Assembly: GCA_038087875.1 (NCBI GenBank)
Contig: CM075995.1
Location: forward strand, 4,094,001-4,158,000
Length of the DNA stretch: 64,000 nucleotides
Direction of reading: 5' to 3'
Origin: Malacoraja senta
Lineage: Eukaryota
Part shown: positions 12,041 through 22,913 of the stretch, in pieces
Position numbering within the stretch: position 1 is the first letter of the stretch
Layout: the number at the start of each line of letters is the position of its first letter
The notes under the pieces: model-generated
What the model was told of the DNA's origin: nothing
Seen by the model: the letters and a program-made list of their open reading frames with translations, nothing else
The model's database searches: none
Program-made: the position numbers and the translations under genes

Positions 12041-12640
12041 ATGAAGGGTATCTTCAACTCAAAACCTCCCAGGCCCAGGTACGCAGAGATATGGGATGTT
12101 AACATTGTGCTAACGCCGCTTCGCCGGTGGGCTCCAGCTACATCCCTGTCCTTGGTCAAACTCACTTACAAAGTGGTTATGCCCATGGCGCTGAGTTCAG
12201 CGCAACGGGTCCAGTCATTGCATAAGCTGTGACTGGACAGGATGATTACATCTGCAGGCAAAATAACATTTTATGTTTATGACTTAGTCAAGCAGAGTAG
12301 TCCAGGGGCATCAGGTCTCAAACTAGATTTGTTGACATATCCCATGGTCCTTCGGTTGTGTGTGGTCACACATCTACACCAGTATGTTAAGGTCACTAAG
12401 AGCCTTAGAGACTCTGAACTAGCAATGTTTGTTAGTTACATAAAGCCTCATGAGAAGGTATCAGTACAGACCATCTCCATGTGGTTAAAACGGGTTCTGG
12501 CTTATACAGAACACTGACATTTTCAAATCTCACGCCACCAGGGCTGCAACAACATCAGCAGCAGGGTTATGGACATTTCGCTGGACCACATCCTAGTGGC
12601 TGCAGGATGGTCAAACGGACGATCTTTCCAAACATTTTAG
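12041..12640 (+). pseudogene. DIRS tyrosine recombinase remnant
   Basis: WDVNIVL, ALSSAQRVQSL, FKSHATRAA, DHILVAAGWS, with stops and frameshifts. Confidence 0.8.
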
Positions 12641-12874
12641 AACTAACCCATTGCCAGACCGGGGGTATTTGCCAACTCTATTTTAGGTTCTGTTTTATAG
12701 TTTCCTCCCGGTTGAGGGGGGTTACTATTATCATTATTTGTTCATTAAAAAGCATCAACATGTCTATATCTATGTCATGTCTGAATGCATTATTAATGTT
12801 CACATCCTTGGTCAACTGATGCAGTGTGACGCATGGACTAGTTTCCACGGCATGAAATCACAGAGCTTTGAAAT

Positions 12875-12986
12875 CTTCACGTAGTCACTCACGTGACTCC
12901 GAAGTAAAATAGTAAGATTAAACGAGAACTTACCAGTTTGAAGTTTGATCTTTATTTTATGAGGAGTTACGATGAGGGATTACGTG
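12875..12986 (+). repeat. DIRS internal complementary region (ICR)
   Basis: Reverse complement of the left end joined to reverse complement of the right end (13130-13206, 1 mismatch in 77 nt). Confidence 0.9.
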
Positions 12987-13894
12987 CCCTCCACTCCCAC
13001 CCCTCTTTCATAAAGGTCAGCTGGTAGTTCTAGTTTCTCGGATCTTACTATATTCAGTTCAGCAACTGTTATCTGTGATTTCACATCGCTGCTTTGAAGA
13101 TTGACGCGCATGCGGGCTGGCGGGCTCTTCACGTAATCCCTCATCGTAACTCCTCATAAAATAAAGATCAAACTTCAAACTGGTAAGTTCTCATTTAATC
13201 TTACTATTTCATAGCATTTCAAGCAGAGTGCAGGCCACCACATTCAATTTCATAGCATTTCAAACAGAGTGCAGGCCACCAAATTGCCAAACAACTCATT
13301 GCATTGTCATTAAGGGCTAACAAATCATTTATTGCAAGTACATTGCAGACTCACAGTTCAGTTGATTCACAACCTAGAATAACAGTTGTGGACTCTCCCT
13401 CGCGATCTTCCAGAGTGACTGACTCACGTCCAGGCATCCGGGGTTCCATAGTCCTGCCCCCCTCCCCCCGGAAGAGGCGTTACCTTCATCGTGGTGATTG
13501 ATAGGCGTACGGACCAATCAGCTGATCTCAAGATTTTTTAAACACACATAACTTTTGTATTTTTCATCGATCGGAAAAGTCCTCGGGGCTGCCTCAGCGG
13601 AGGAGAACTGTGCGTAAGATGGCCAAAAATCATACCGATATAGGGTAGCGTTTTTTCTAAAATCAATATAGTGCGCAGACAGGAAGTGGTCAAGATGAGA
13701 CTTTTAGTTATATAGATGTATCTAAGTGCTTACGTATAATGATACATATACTGAACAGTATAAAAAAATGAATTTCCCTGTACCTCTATACCTGTGAGAA
13801 ATAAAGTACCATACAGCACCATAGAGCCAGAATTTGCATCTTCAGCTGAAAACAAAGATGATATCTTCTGAACAGAAGAATGGACCACACCTAC

Positions 13895-14590
13895 CACCAA
13901 ATTGATAAGAGTGAAAGAACCACAGACTTAACTGGCAAAGTGAGCAGCCCATAGATGTACACAAGCCACGGTGGAATGAAGAAGACAGACTTGTTTAAAG
14001 TCAGCAACAAGCAGAGAGCAAGACTTACCTGGTGACACACTGTGAGGGCAGCAATCTGTGTGCCATCATTGCCAAGCTGAACTGACCAAAGAAACAACGG
14101 TGCACTATCCATGGACTGCAAGAAGAAACCGCAAAGGATTTCCATTGAATTAAAGTTCCCACTAATTGTCAAGTTCCAAGTAATCTGCACTTCACACTGG
14201 ATGAATTGGAGGGAAAATATCCCTGACCAAGCACGCGTGAAAAGTTGACCAGAGGGAAGAAACCACAAGAGATGACTAAAGAGGACTGAAGTGCCCTCCT
14301 AGCCATGGTGTAGTAAAGAAAGTGGACATGTTCAAAGTTAGCAACCTGCACAGAGCAAGACTTACCTCATGACACACTGAGGTCAGTAATCTGTGTGCCA
14401 TTGCTGTCCAGCTGACTGCCACTACAGCTCTGAGGGAGACCCAGCATAACCAGAAATTCATCCAGACCCCCTCCACACTCTCCTTCCAGTGCCTTGTGTA
14501 GGATCTCACACTGCGCTGAAGGACCAACCTGCCCTCTCAAGAGTTCGGCAATCATGGATGTACAGGTAGCTGAACTTTGCCTCTCCAGGT
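13895..14590 (+). pseudogene. H3: Histone H3-derived units B (13895-14082) and C (14217-14590)
   Basis: N-tail DNA; then gagcaagacttacctggtg...aatctgtgtgccatcattgccaag (EAYLV..NLCAI.AK); then gctctgagggag..ctctccttccagtgccttgtg..accaacctg (ALRE..LPFQRLV..TDL). Confidence 0.75.
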
Positions 14591-14689
14591 GAAAAAGAAG
14601 ATAGGTGAGTTCCACGTGAACAGGAGAAAGGCCGCACCTGTGTCACAGAACTACCCAGTGGATTACCAGAGGTAGTTCTGAATTGCAAG

Positions 14690-15083
14690 TAGGCAGACAG
14701 AAGAAATGGGGGGGATGTTTCACACCTACTTCTTATGCCAGGGAACCAGGCAGGGGGGTGGAGGAGCTGGCGATGATGGCAGACACTGGGCAAAGGGCCA
14801 TTTTCAAGATGGCGGTGGACGGAGGAGAGGATCAGTCCCACCAGGACAATTGGGCCTTTAAGGCCTAGATAAGACTGCACTCTTAAGAACTTTGTGTGCG
14901 CCAGAAACGTGACAACTCTTTTTATATTGTTTCGGTGAAGTCTACTATTACACTACAATCGTTGCACTTTTGTATTTGTCCAACAATTGTGCTTATCAAT
15001 AATATGATTTTACTGGATTGTATGCAAAACAAAGAATTTCACTGCCCCTAGGTACATTGGTACATGTGACAATAAAGTATCAT
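14690..15083 (+). mobile_element. SINE-like retroposon
   Basis: 3' tail gaatttcactg...catgtgacaataaagtatc similar to other tails in the window. Confidence 0.5.
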
Positions 15084-15125
15084 TTTGGGCACTACATCTG
15101 AGGAAGCATGTGCGGCTCTGGAGAG

Positions 15126-15975
15126 GGACAATAGACAATAGACAATAGGTGCAGGAGTAGGCCATTTGGCCCCTTCGAGTGTGATCATGGCTGATCATCC
15201 CCAATCAGTACCCCGTTCCTGCCTTCTCCCCATATCCCCTGGACTCCGCTAATTTTAAGAGCCCTATCTAGCTCTCTCTTGAAAGCATCTAGAGAACCTG
15301 CCTCCACCACCCTCTGAGGCAGAGAATTCCACAGACTCACCACTCTCTGTGAGAAAAAGTGTTTCCTCGTCTCCATTCTAAATGGCTTACTCCTTATTCT
15401 TAAACTGTGGCCCCTGGTTCTGGACTCCCCCCAACCATCGGGAACATGTTTCCTGCCTCTAGTGTGTCCAAGCTGAGGAGGTCCAGAGGAGGTTTTCAAG
15501 AATGATGCCAGGAATGAGTAGGTTAACCTATGATGAGCGTTTGTCGGCACTGGGCCTGAACTCACTGCAGTTTGGAAGAATGAGGGGGGACCTCATTGAA
15601 ACATACAAAATAGTGAAAGGCTTGGATAGAGTGGATGTGGAGATGATGTTTCCACTAGTGGGAGAGTCCAGGACTAGAGGTCATAGCCTCATAATTAAAG
15701 CACGGTCTTTTAGGAAGGAGATAAGGAGAAATTTCTTTAGTCTGAGGGTAGTGAATCTGTGGAATTATTTGCCACAGAAGGCTGTGGAGGCCGTCAATAG
15801 ATATTTTGAAGGCAAAGATAAATAGATTTTGATTAGTACAGGTGTCAGAGGATATGGGGAGAAGGCAGGAGAATGGGGTTAGGAGAATGGGGGTCATGAT
15901 TAAATGACGGAGTAGAATTGATGGGCCGAATGGCCTAATTCTGCTCCTATCACTTATGAGCTTATGACCTTATGA
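15126..15975. mobile_element. Two CR1 3' fragments in opposite orientation (15126-15472 minus; 15473-15975 plus)
   Basis: GESRTRGHSL..FFSQRVV.LWN.LPQ motifs; (ATTGTCT)n tail. Confidence 0.85.
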
Positions 15976-16082
15976 TCATCATAATCTTTATGCCTGCTAG
16001 TCGACTGAAGCACAGGCTCTGAGTGATGTTGACGTGAGCAAAATCTTTCTAAAAGCAAATAGTGACCAAATCAAAGGATGTG

Positions 16083-16814
16083 TTTAAAAAGGAACTGCAG
16101 ATGCTGGAAAATCCCAGGTACACAAAAAAATGCTGGAGAAACTCAGCGGGTGCAGCAGCATCTAAGGAGCGAAGGAAATAGGCAACGTTTCGTGCCGAAA
16201 CCCTTCTTCAGACTGATGGGGGGTGGGAGGGGGCGGGGAGAAGAAAGGAAAAAGCAGGAGGAGGAGCCCGAGGGCTGAGGGAGAGCTGGGAAGGGGAGAA
16301 GACAGCAAGGGCTAACAGAATTGTAAGAATTCAATGTTCATGCCACCAGGATGCAGACTCCCCAAGCAGAATATGAGGTGCTGTTCCTCCAATTTCCGGT
16401 GGTGCTCACTCTGGCCATGGAGGAGGCCCTGGACAGAGAGGTCGGATACGGAATGGGAGGGGGAGTTGAAGTGCTGAGCCACCGGGAGGTCAGGTTGGTT
16501 AATGCGGACCGAGCGGAGGTGTTCGGCAAAACGATCGCCAAGCCTACGCTTGGTCTCACCGATGTAGATCAGCTGACATCTAGAGCAGCGGATGCAATAG
16601 ATGAGGTTGGAGGAGATGCAGGTGAACCTCTGTCGCACCTGGAACGACTGCTTGGGTCCTTGAATGGAGACAAGGGGGGAGGTAAAGCGGCAAGTGTAGC
16701 ATCTCTTGCGGTTGCAAGGGAAAGTGCCCGGGGAGGGGGTGGTGCGGGAGGGAAGGGAAGAATTGACAAGGGAGTTACGGAGGGAGCGGTCTTTGCGGAA
16801 GGCAGACAGGAGGG
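16083..16814 (-). mobile_element. Penelope-like element 3' part: GIY-YIG endonuclease + pLTR, 15-bp TSD
   Basis: NLIYCIRCSRCQLIYIGETKRRLGDRFAEH..GMNIEF; aaatcaaaggatgtg at 16068-16082 and 16815-16829. Confidence 0.9.
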
Positions 16815-16871
16815 AAATCAAAGGATGTGCTCATCATAGACTGCAAGAACACTGGATGAATCAGAAGGAAA

Positions 16872-17510
16872 ATGTCCCTGAACAGATTGTGCACAGACTG
16901 TGGGAACAAGACTTACTTGGTGATGTACTTTGTTTTCCCCCTTTCCCCCGTCTCCCTCCACAGCGGTCCACTATGTCGGGTCCTTCATTGTCTATTGTTC
17001 TTCCCCTCCCCCCCCCCCCCCCCCCCTCACTGCGGTCCCCACACGCCGGGTCCTCCTTTGTTCCTTCCATCGGCAGCGGCGTCCTCATCCCACGTGATCC
17101 GTCCTTTGTCCCGTCAGTCGGTTGTCCCCATCGGCCGCCGCGCCGACCTCTCCACTATCGCCGCCGGGTCCTCTCAGGATGCCTGCGTGGAGCCGACCCT
17201 GCCAAACTGACCTGCCGCTGCTGCTCTGAGGGAGATCCAACATTAGCAGAAATTCATCCAGACACTTCTCTATTGAGAGTTCTCACTTCCATCACCTAGA
17301 TCAGGAGTTCATGCTGCACTGTAAGCCAGACCTGTGCTCCCACAACTCTTCCCACCTGCAGTCCAACGAACCTACATGGTAGCGCTGTTTGAAGACACTG
17401 ACCACGAAGCGAACCAGATCCCCATTCCCGACACATCACTGCAAGGATACGCATAAAACTTTCCTGATTTTCAGCCCAGCAAAGACTCTTTTAAAGCAAC
17501 AAAGAGCTAT
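16872..17510 (+). pseudogene. H3: Histone H3-derived unit D (interrupted 16935-17185) with degenerate stem-loop/HDE
   Basis: ATG at 16872; gctctgagggagatccaacattagcagaaattc; tacatggtagcgctgtttgaagacact (YMVALFEDT); caaagactcttttaaagcaac then AAAGAGCT at 17501. Confidence 0.75.
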
Positions 17511-18098
17511 GACCAGCATTCTTTAACCCGTGTTTTCTCTTTATTTGTCTGTTTATTTATTGATTTTCAATGCCTAATTGCATTCGAGACATTACTAGTT
17601 GAGTACATCATAACTAGCTCGGCGTCATTTTACTGCACTATCGCCATATACCTTGATTCCATGAAAATCCCTGTAAATATTGGTTGATTTATTAAAGTAA
17701 TGGTACTGCCTTGGAGGCAGTGCAAAATAAGTCTCACTAGCTGGTTTTGAGACTGGTGCTGCTTGTTGTCATCTCAGACAACAGTGCATAGTGGCGTTGC
17801 CTCACATTGTCCCTAGTGTGTGTAGGTTAATGTACAGGGCGATCACTGGTCGGTGTGGACTCTGTGGGCCAAAGGGCCTGTTTCTGAACTGTATCTCCAT
17901 AAAGTATAGACTAAAGCAAAGAATGCATTTGGTCTGCATCTTCCCCATGGAGATGTTTCAGAATACTTCTCATGTTCTTTCACATTGCCTGACCAGGAGT
18001 TGCTCTGACAATTTTGTCCCCATTCTCTGGAGACCTGAACACCACAAGCAGACAGACAAAATCTGTTTTGGTGAAGGAATGGGGAATGTTTCAACAGG

Positions 18099-18745
18099 AA
18101 GAATGTCCTTCCTCAAATTTGAAAACCAAAACTGCACACAATACTCCAGGTGTGGTCTCACGAGGGCCCTGTACAACTGCAGAAGGACTTCTTTGCTCCT
18201 AAACTTAACTCCTCTTGTTTTGAAGGGCAACATGCCATTCGCTTTCTTCACTGCCTCCTGTACCTGCATGCTTACTTTTAGTGAGTGATGAACAAGGACC
18301 CCCAGATCACTTTGTACTTCCCCATTTTCCAAATTTGACACCATTCAGATCTGCCTTCCTGTTTTTGCCACCCAAGTGGATAACCTCACATTTATCCACA
18401 TTAAATTGCATCTGCCATGCATCTGCCCACTCACCAAACCTATCCAAGTCACCCTGCATCCTCATAGCATCCTCCTCACAGTTCACACTGCCACACAGCT
18501 TTGTGTCATCTGCAAATTTGCTGATGTTACTTTGAATCCCTTCATCTAAATCATTGATGTATATTGTAAATAGCTGTGGTCCCAGCGCTGAGCCTTGCGG
18601 TACCCCACTAGTCACCGCCTGCCATTCTGAAAGAGACCCGTTAATCCCTACTCTTTGTTTCCTGTCTGCCAACCAATTTTCTATCCATGTCAGTACCCTA
18701 CCCCCAATACCATGTGCTCTAATTTTGCCCATTAATCTCCTATCC
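18099..18745 (-). mobile_element. CR1 RT fragment
   Basis: [30 protein letters not shown]. Confidence 0.9.
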
Positions 18746-19542
18746 TGCCCATACTGCATGAAGAAACCTCACGGAAGACGCCTCCCTGAAGGCCGCGGTG
18801 GCAGACGCCTCCTAGAAGATCATGGAGAAGCCAAGGCCGGAGCCTCATGGGTCGGAGTCGGAGCCCCATGAGTTAGCAGAGCCCGGAGACATCCCGAGAG
18901 GACCCGGCGACGATAGTGGAGAGGTTGGCAATGATAGCACCGTCAGACGGACGAGGACGGATACGTGGGAGTGAAGGGCCTGTCACACTTACGTGACCTT
19001 TATAGGCGACTGCCGGCACCCGGCGACCAGAAAGACGCTACGACTCTTTGGAGACCTCTCACGACCTTAGGAGACCTCTCACGACCATGCAGGCGGTATG
19101 GTCGTGAGAGGTCTCCTATGGTCGTGAGAGGTCTCCAAACAGTCTTTCTGGTCGCCGCTGAATTTTCAACATGTTGAAAATGTCGGCGACCTATGACGGG
19201 TGCCGGCTGTCGCCTGTAAAGGTCGCGTAAGTGGGACAGGCCCTTGAGGGCGCCACTGCCGGGTGAGAGGAACATAGGACACGGCGTGGGGGAACTGCCC
19301 CTTGAGGGAAGGGGAAGAACAATGAACATTGGAGGGCCTGGCATGGGGGGACTGCTGTGAGGAGGGGGAGTGACTTCCCTTTCTGTACTTCCTCCCTCCC
19401 CAACCTTTGCACATCCCCAATCCTGGACTTTCCACTCGTCACTTTAATTTCATGTTCCATGTATCTTGTTGTGTTTTATGACTGTTGGCAGACCAGTTTC
19501 CCTCCTGGGATAAATAAAGTTCTATCCCTATCGTATTGTATT
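18746..19542 (+). mobile_element. SINE-like retroposon containing a MITE; inverted fragment of the same family at 16935-17185
   Basis: gagaggacccggcgacgatagtggagagg shared with the reverse complement of ~17150-17180; AATAAA tail. Confidence 0.6.
18975..19244. mobile_element. PIF/Harbinger-type MITE
   Basis: TIR agggcctgtcacactta / taagtgggacaggccct; TGA TSD. Confidence 0.85.
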
Positions 19543-19965
19543 ACAAGGTTAGGACCCTGTTACTGCATTATCACCACATTAAAATCATTGTAACTACTGC
19601 TTTACATGTTAAAGTTATAGTGCAGGGACTTAAACATTGACTATTTGTCGGAAATTTGCCTCAAAATGGGACTGTAAAATAGTCTCAGCCACTGTGTTGA
19701 AACCGTAGGGCTGTTTCTAGAATACTTGCCTGTTGAGACAAGTTAGTATATTAACAATGACAAATCAGGGTTATTTTGGAATCATCTTCCTCCGATTCTC
19801 TGGCTGCTTCACAACAGGTGCATTTATTGGATAAAATCTTCCTCATTTTCTGTTCAAAGATGATATTTTAAGAGCTACTGAAAATAGCAAAGACCTGCTT
19901 TCTTCTGCCAGGTGATTTACATTTTTTGACTTCACTTTATAATTTTTCAAAGCATATTGAGGTGA

Positions 19966-20230
19966 GGAAAATCTCCCTGCAAGCAAATGGTGACCAAAGG
20001 GAAGCTCAAGGATACGTTAGTCATGGATGGTAAGAAGAAACCTCACAGTTACTGGACTGACACCATTGATCTCAGGAAGATCTTGTACGATGAAAAATCT
20101 ACTGAGGTACTCCTCCACAAATTGCCCATTTAGTACCCGTGCAAGGGATTGCTCCAGACATCAATGTAGATGCACATTCCCAGAGCTTAGCCAATATGGA
20201 TCTACAGGGAGCCAGTCTTACATCTCCAGA
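19966..20230 (+). pseudogene. H3: Histone H3-derived unit E (canonical order)
   Basis: GKSPCKQMVTKGKLKDTLVMDGKKKPHSYWTDTIDLRKILYDEKSTEVLLHKLPI aligns without gaps to H3 G13-F67 (26/55 identical by hand count). Confidence 0.9.
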
Positions 20231-20371
20231 TAAGCAGAGGATAATGGATCAGTGTCGCACGAACTGAGGAATGGGCCCCACCTGTGCCACGTTTCTTCCC
20301 AGCGGATTATAGGAAAATTGACAAGCTCCAAGTAATCCACACTTCACACTGGATGAATCTGTGTGTTGAAA

Positions 20372-20663
20372 ATGTCCATGAACAAGCAGATCATCCACAA
20401 ATGGACTGGAGAGTAGCAACCATGTGAGTAACTGGTGACATAAGCAGACTACAACTGTGCATTAGCCATGGTGGGGTCCAGACAGTCATGTTCTCCATCT
20501 GGGATCCGTTAGAAAGCTAGACTTACCTAGTGATGCTCTGTGAGACATCAACCAGTGAATTATGCGTGCCATTCTCATTGATGACCAGTAGACTCATCAC
20601 ATGTGCAAGTATACACATACGCTCTTCCTCACATTCAGCCAAACAAAGGCTCTCTTAAGAGCC
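20372..20663 (+). pseudogene. H3: Histone H3-derived unit F, internally deleted, with histone 3' stem-loop
   Basis: MSMNKQIIHKWTGE vs MARTKQTARKSTGG; jumps to the YLV..ED segment; ends in the stem-loop. Confidence 0.8.
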
Positions 20664-20676
20664 ACTGAAAAGAACT
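20648..20676 (+). terminator. Replication-dependent histone mRNA stem-loop + HDE-like element
   Basis: caaa GGCTCT-CTTA-AGAGCC actg aaaagaactg. Confidence 0.75.
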
Positions 20677-21157
20677 GCGACCAGCTTTCTTCTTCCCATG
20701 TTTTGTCTTTTTTCTTTTCTTTATACGTCTTGATTTTTAATGCATGATTGTGCTCTATTAAGCATAATGTATGTGCATCGCATCTAACTCAGCGCCACTT
20801 TACCGCAAAACAGAGCATCGGCCAGTGTTGCGACTGTTGTGTTGATTCCTCAGAAAATAATACATTTGCTCTACATCTTGCCTCATGAGACATATAAGAA
20901 TACTTATCATGTTTATTCATATTGCCAGACTGGGGTAGTTAGAACATTTTTTTCCCAGATTCTAGAGACCTGAACATTATGAGCAGATGGACAGAGTACA
21001 TTTTGGATCTTCAGCTGAAATGGGCTATGATTTGGGCAACTGCCATGGAGAAAGAAAGGGGAACGGTCCTCCCCTGGGTTGCATGTTTCCAGCAGATTAA
21101 AGGAAGATGATTAAGTTCCGAGCAATCCACACTTTACGCTGGATAAATTGGAGATAA

Positions 21158-21920
21158 TATTCTCTAACCAAATAGATTGTGCTCAGGTTGAGCAGAAGAA
21201 GGGAACTTCACAAGCAACTGGTGACTAAAGTGGCCTGCATGTGTACCACAGACAAGGCAGGGTGAAGAGGACAGACATGTCCACCATCTGGATCCTTCAG
21301 GGAGCAAGTCTTAATGATCTATGAGGGCAACAATCTGTGCACCATTCCTGCCAAGTTGACCTACCACTGTAACTCTGAGGGAGAGCTAACATGCCCAGAA
21401 ACTCATCCACACACTCCGCTACAAACTCTCAGGTATCAGGGGTTATGGGGATGAGGAGAATGGGGTTGAGAGGTACAGATAGATGAACCATGATTGAATG
21501 GTGGACTAGACTTGATGGGCCGAATGGCCTAATTCTGTTGAAAAAAACACACCCGTCTCAGCTTAAGACCTACAGGAAGCAGGACTTACCTGGCCATGTT
21601 CTACGAGGGCATCCATCTATGCGTCATCCCTACCAAGGTGACCTGCCACTGCAGCTCTGAGGGAGGTACGTTACCAGAAATTAATCCATCCATTCCTTCG
21701 TAAACTCTCGTTCCAGCACCTGGAGCTGGAGATCGTGCTGTACCGCAAGAAGATCTACGCTCCCAAAACTCGCCCGACATGGACCCCACAGGCCAGTGGA
21801 ATGTTCCTCCACTAACTACCCTTCCAAAACCTGGTGCAGAAGATTGCATCAGACATCAATAGATGTGCACTTCCAGAGCTCATCTAACATTGGTCTACAG
21901 GGAGTAAGACTTGCGTCTCC
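21158..21920 (+). pseudogene. H3: Histone H3-derived units G/H (CR1 tail inserted at 21431-21540)
   Basis: KQLVTKVA; YEGNNLCTIPAK; RKLSFQHLELEI; a second LPFQNLVQKIASD..FQSS..LQG. Confidence 0.8.
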
Positions 21921-22079
21921 AGATAAATAGAAGAGGATAGGTAACTGCCACAGGGACAGGAGCATGGATCACACCTGTGTCCCAGGACTTCCCGGTGGAT
22001 TAAAGGAAGATCATAAAGTTATTAGTAATCTACTCTTGACGATGGATGAATTCAAAGACCTGGAGATCTGAAAATCAAT

Positions 22080-22770
22080 GATCAACACTGATCAAGAAGG
22101 CTCACCTGCGTTCAACACTGATCAAGAAGGCTCACCAGCGTCTCTTCTTCCTGAGGAGACTAAAGAAGGTCCATCTGTCTCCTCAGATTCTGGTGACCTT
22201 CTACCGCTGCGCCATCGAGAGCATCCTTACTAACTGTATCACAGTATGGTATAGCAACTGCTCTGTCTCCGACCGGAAAGCACTGCAGAGGGTGGTGAAA
22301 ACTGCCCAACGCATCACCGGTTCCTCACTCCCCTCCATTGAGTCTGTCCAAAGCAAGCGATGTCTGCGAAGGGCACGCAGCATCGTCAAGGACTGCTCTC
22401 ACCCCAACCACAGACTGTTTACCCTCCTACCATCTGGGAGGCGCTACAGGTCTCTCCGTTGCCAGACCAGCAGGTTCAGGAACAGCTTCTTCCCTGTGGT
22501 TGTTACCCTACTTAACTCTGCACCGTGGTGATTGCCAGTCACCCCCCCCCCCCCCCGACACTCCTTCCCCCAGTGACTGATCTCCCTCCCCCCCCCCCCC
22601 CGACAATTGCACTATTGTTACTGTATATACATATATATATATATTTTACTGTTCCATTATTCTGTGTTCGCACTTCTGGGTGAGATGCTAACTGCATTTC
22701 ATTGTCTCTGTATTTGTACACTGCACAATGACAATAAATTTGAATCTGAATCTGAATCTGAATCTGAATC
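22080..22770 (+). mobile_element. Rex1/Babar LINE 3' fragment
   Basis: LIKKAHQRLFFLRRLKK..FYRCAIESIL..LPSGRRYRS..SFFP; (TCTGAA)n tail; short tandem duplication at the 5' end. Confidence 0.85.
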
Positions 22771-22913
22771 ACGAGATGTTGGACAAAATTGGTTTGGGAT
22801 CTTGGAAAAGTAAAATAAATTGGGTGACTGCCACAATGAAGGTGTGGGTTATGGGTCACACCAGTGGAAGTTCTCCGTAATCTTCATGTTGTGGTGGATG
22901 AATCACAGTGTAG

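Larger units (their letters stand above)
7959..13209 (+). mobile_element. DIRS1-type tyrosine-recombinase retrotransposon, decayed ORFs
   Basis: TTTTACTTCGGAGTCACGTGAG left end, ...CTTACTATTT right end, ICR; RT remnants GLPSAPR/FTKLLK/MAYLEDIL; recombinase remnants. Confidence 0.9.
7460..13716 (-). mobile_element. Non-autonomous Helitron (contains a DIRS insertion)
   Basis: Minus strand A|TCTATATAACTAAAAG ... AGTCTAG|T, subterminal imperfect hairpin at 7470-7488, no TSD. Confidence 0.75.
7101..13822 (+). mobile_element. SINE-like retroposon split into 7101-7459 and 13717-13822 by a Helitron
   Basis: The two flanks join into a continuous 3' tail ending aataaagtaccata; resembles 14690-15083. 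Confidence 0.55.
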
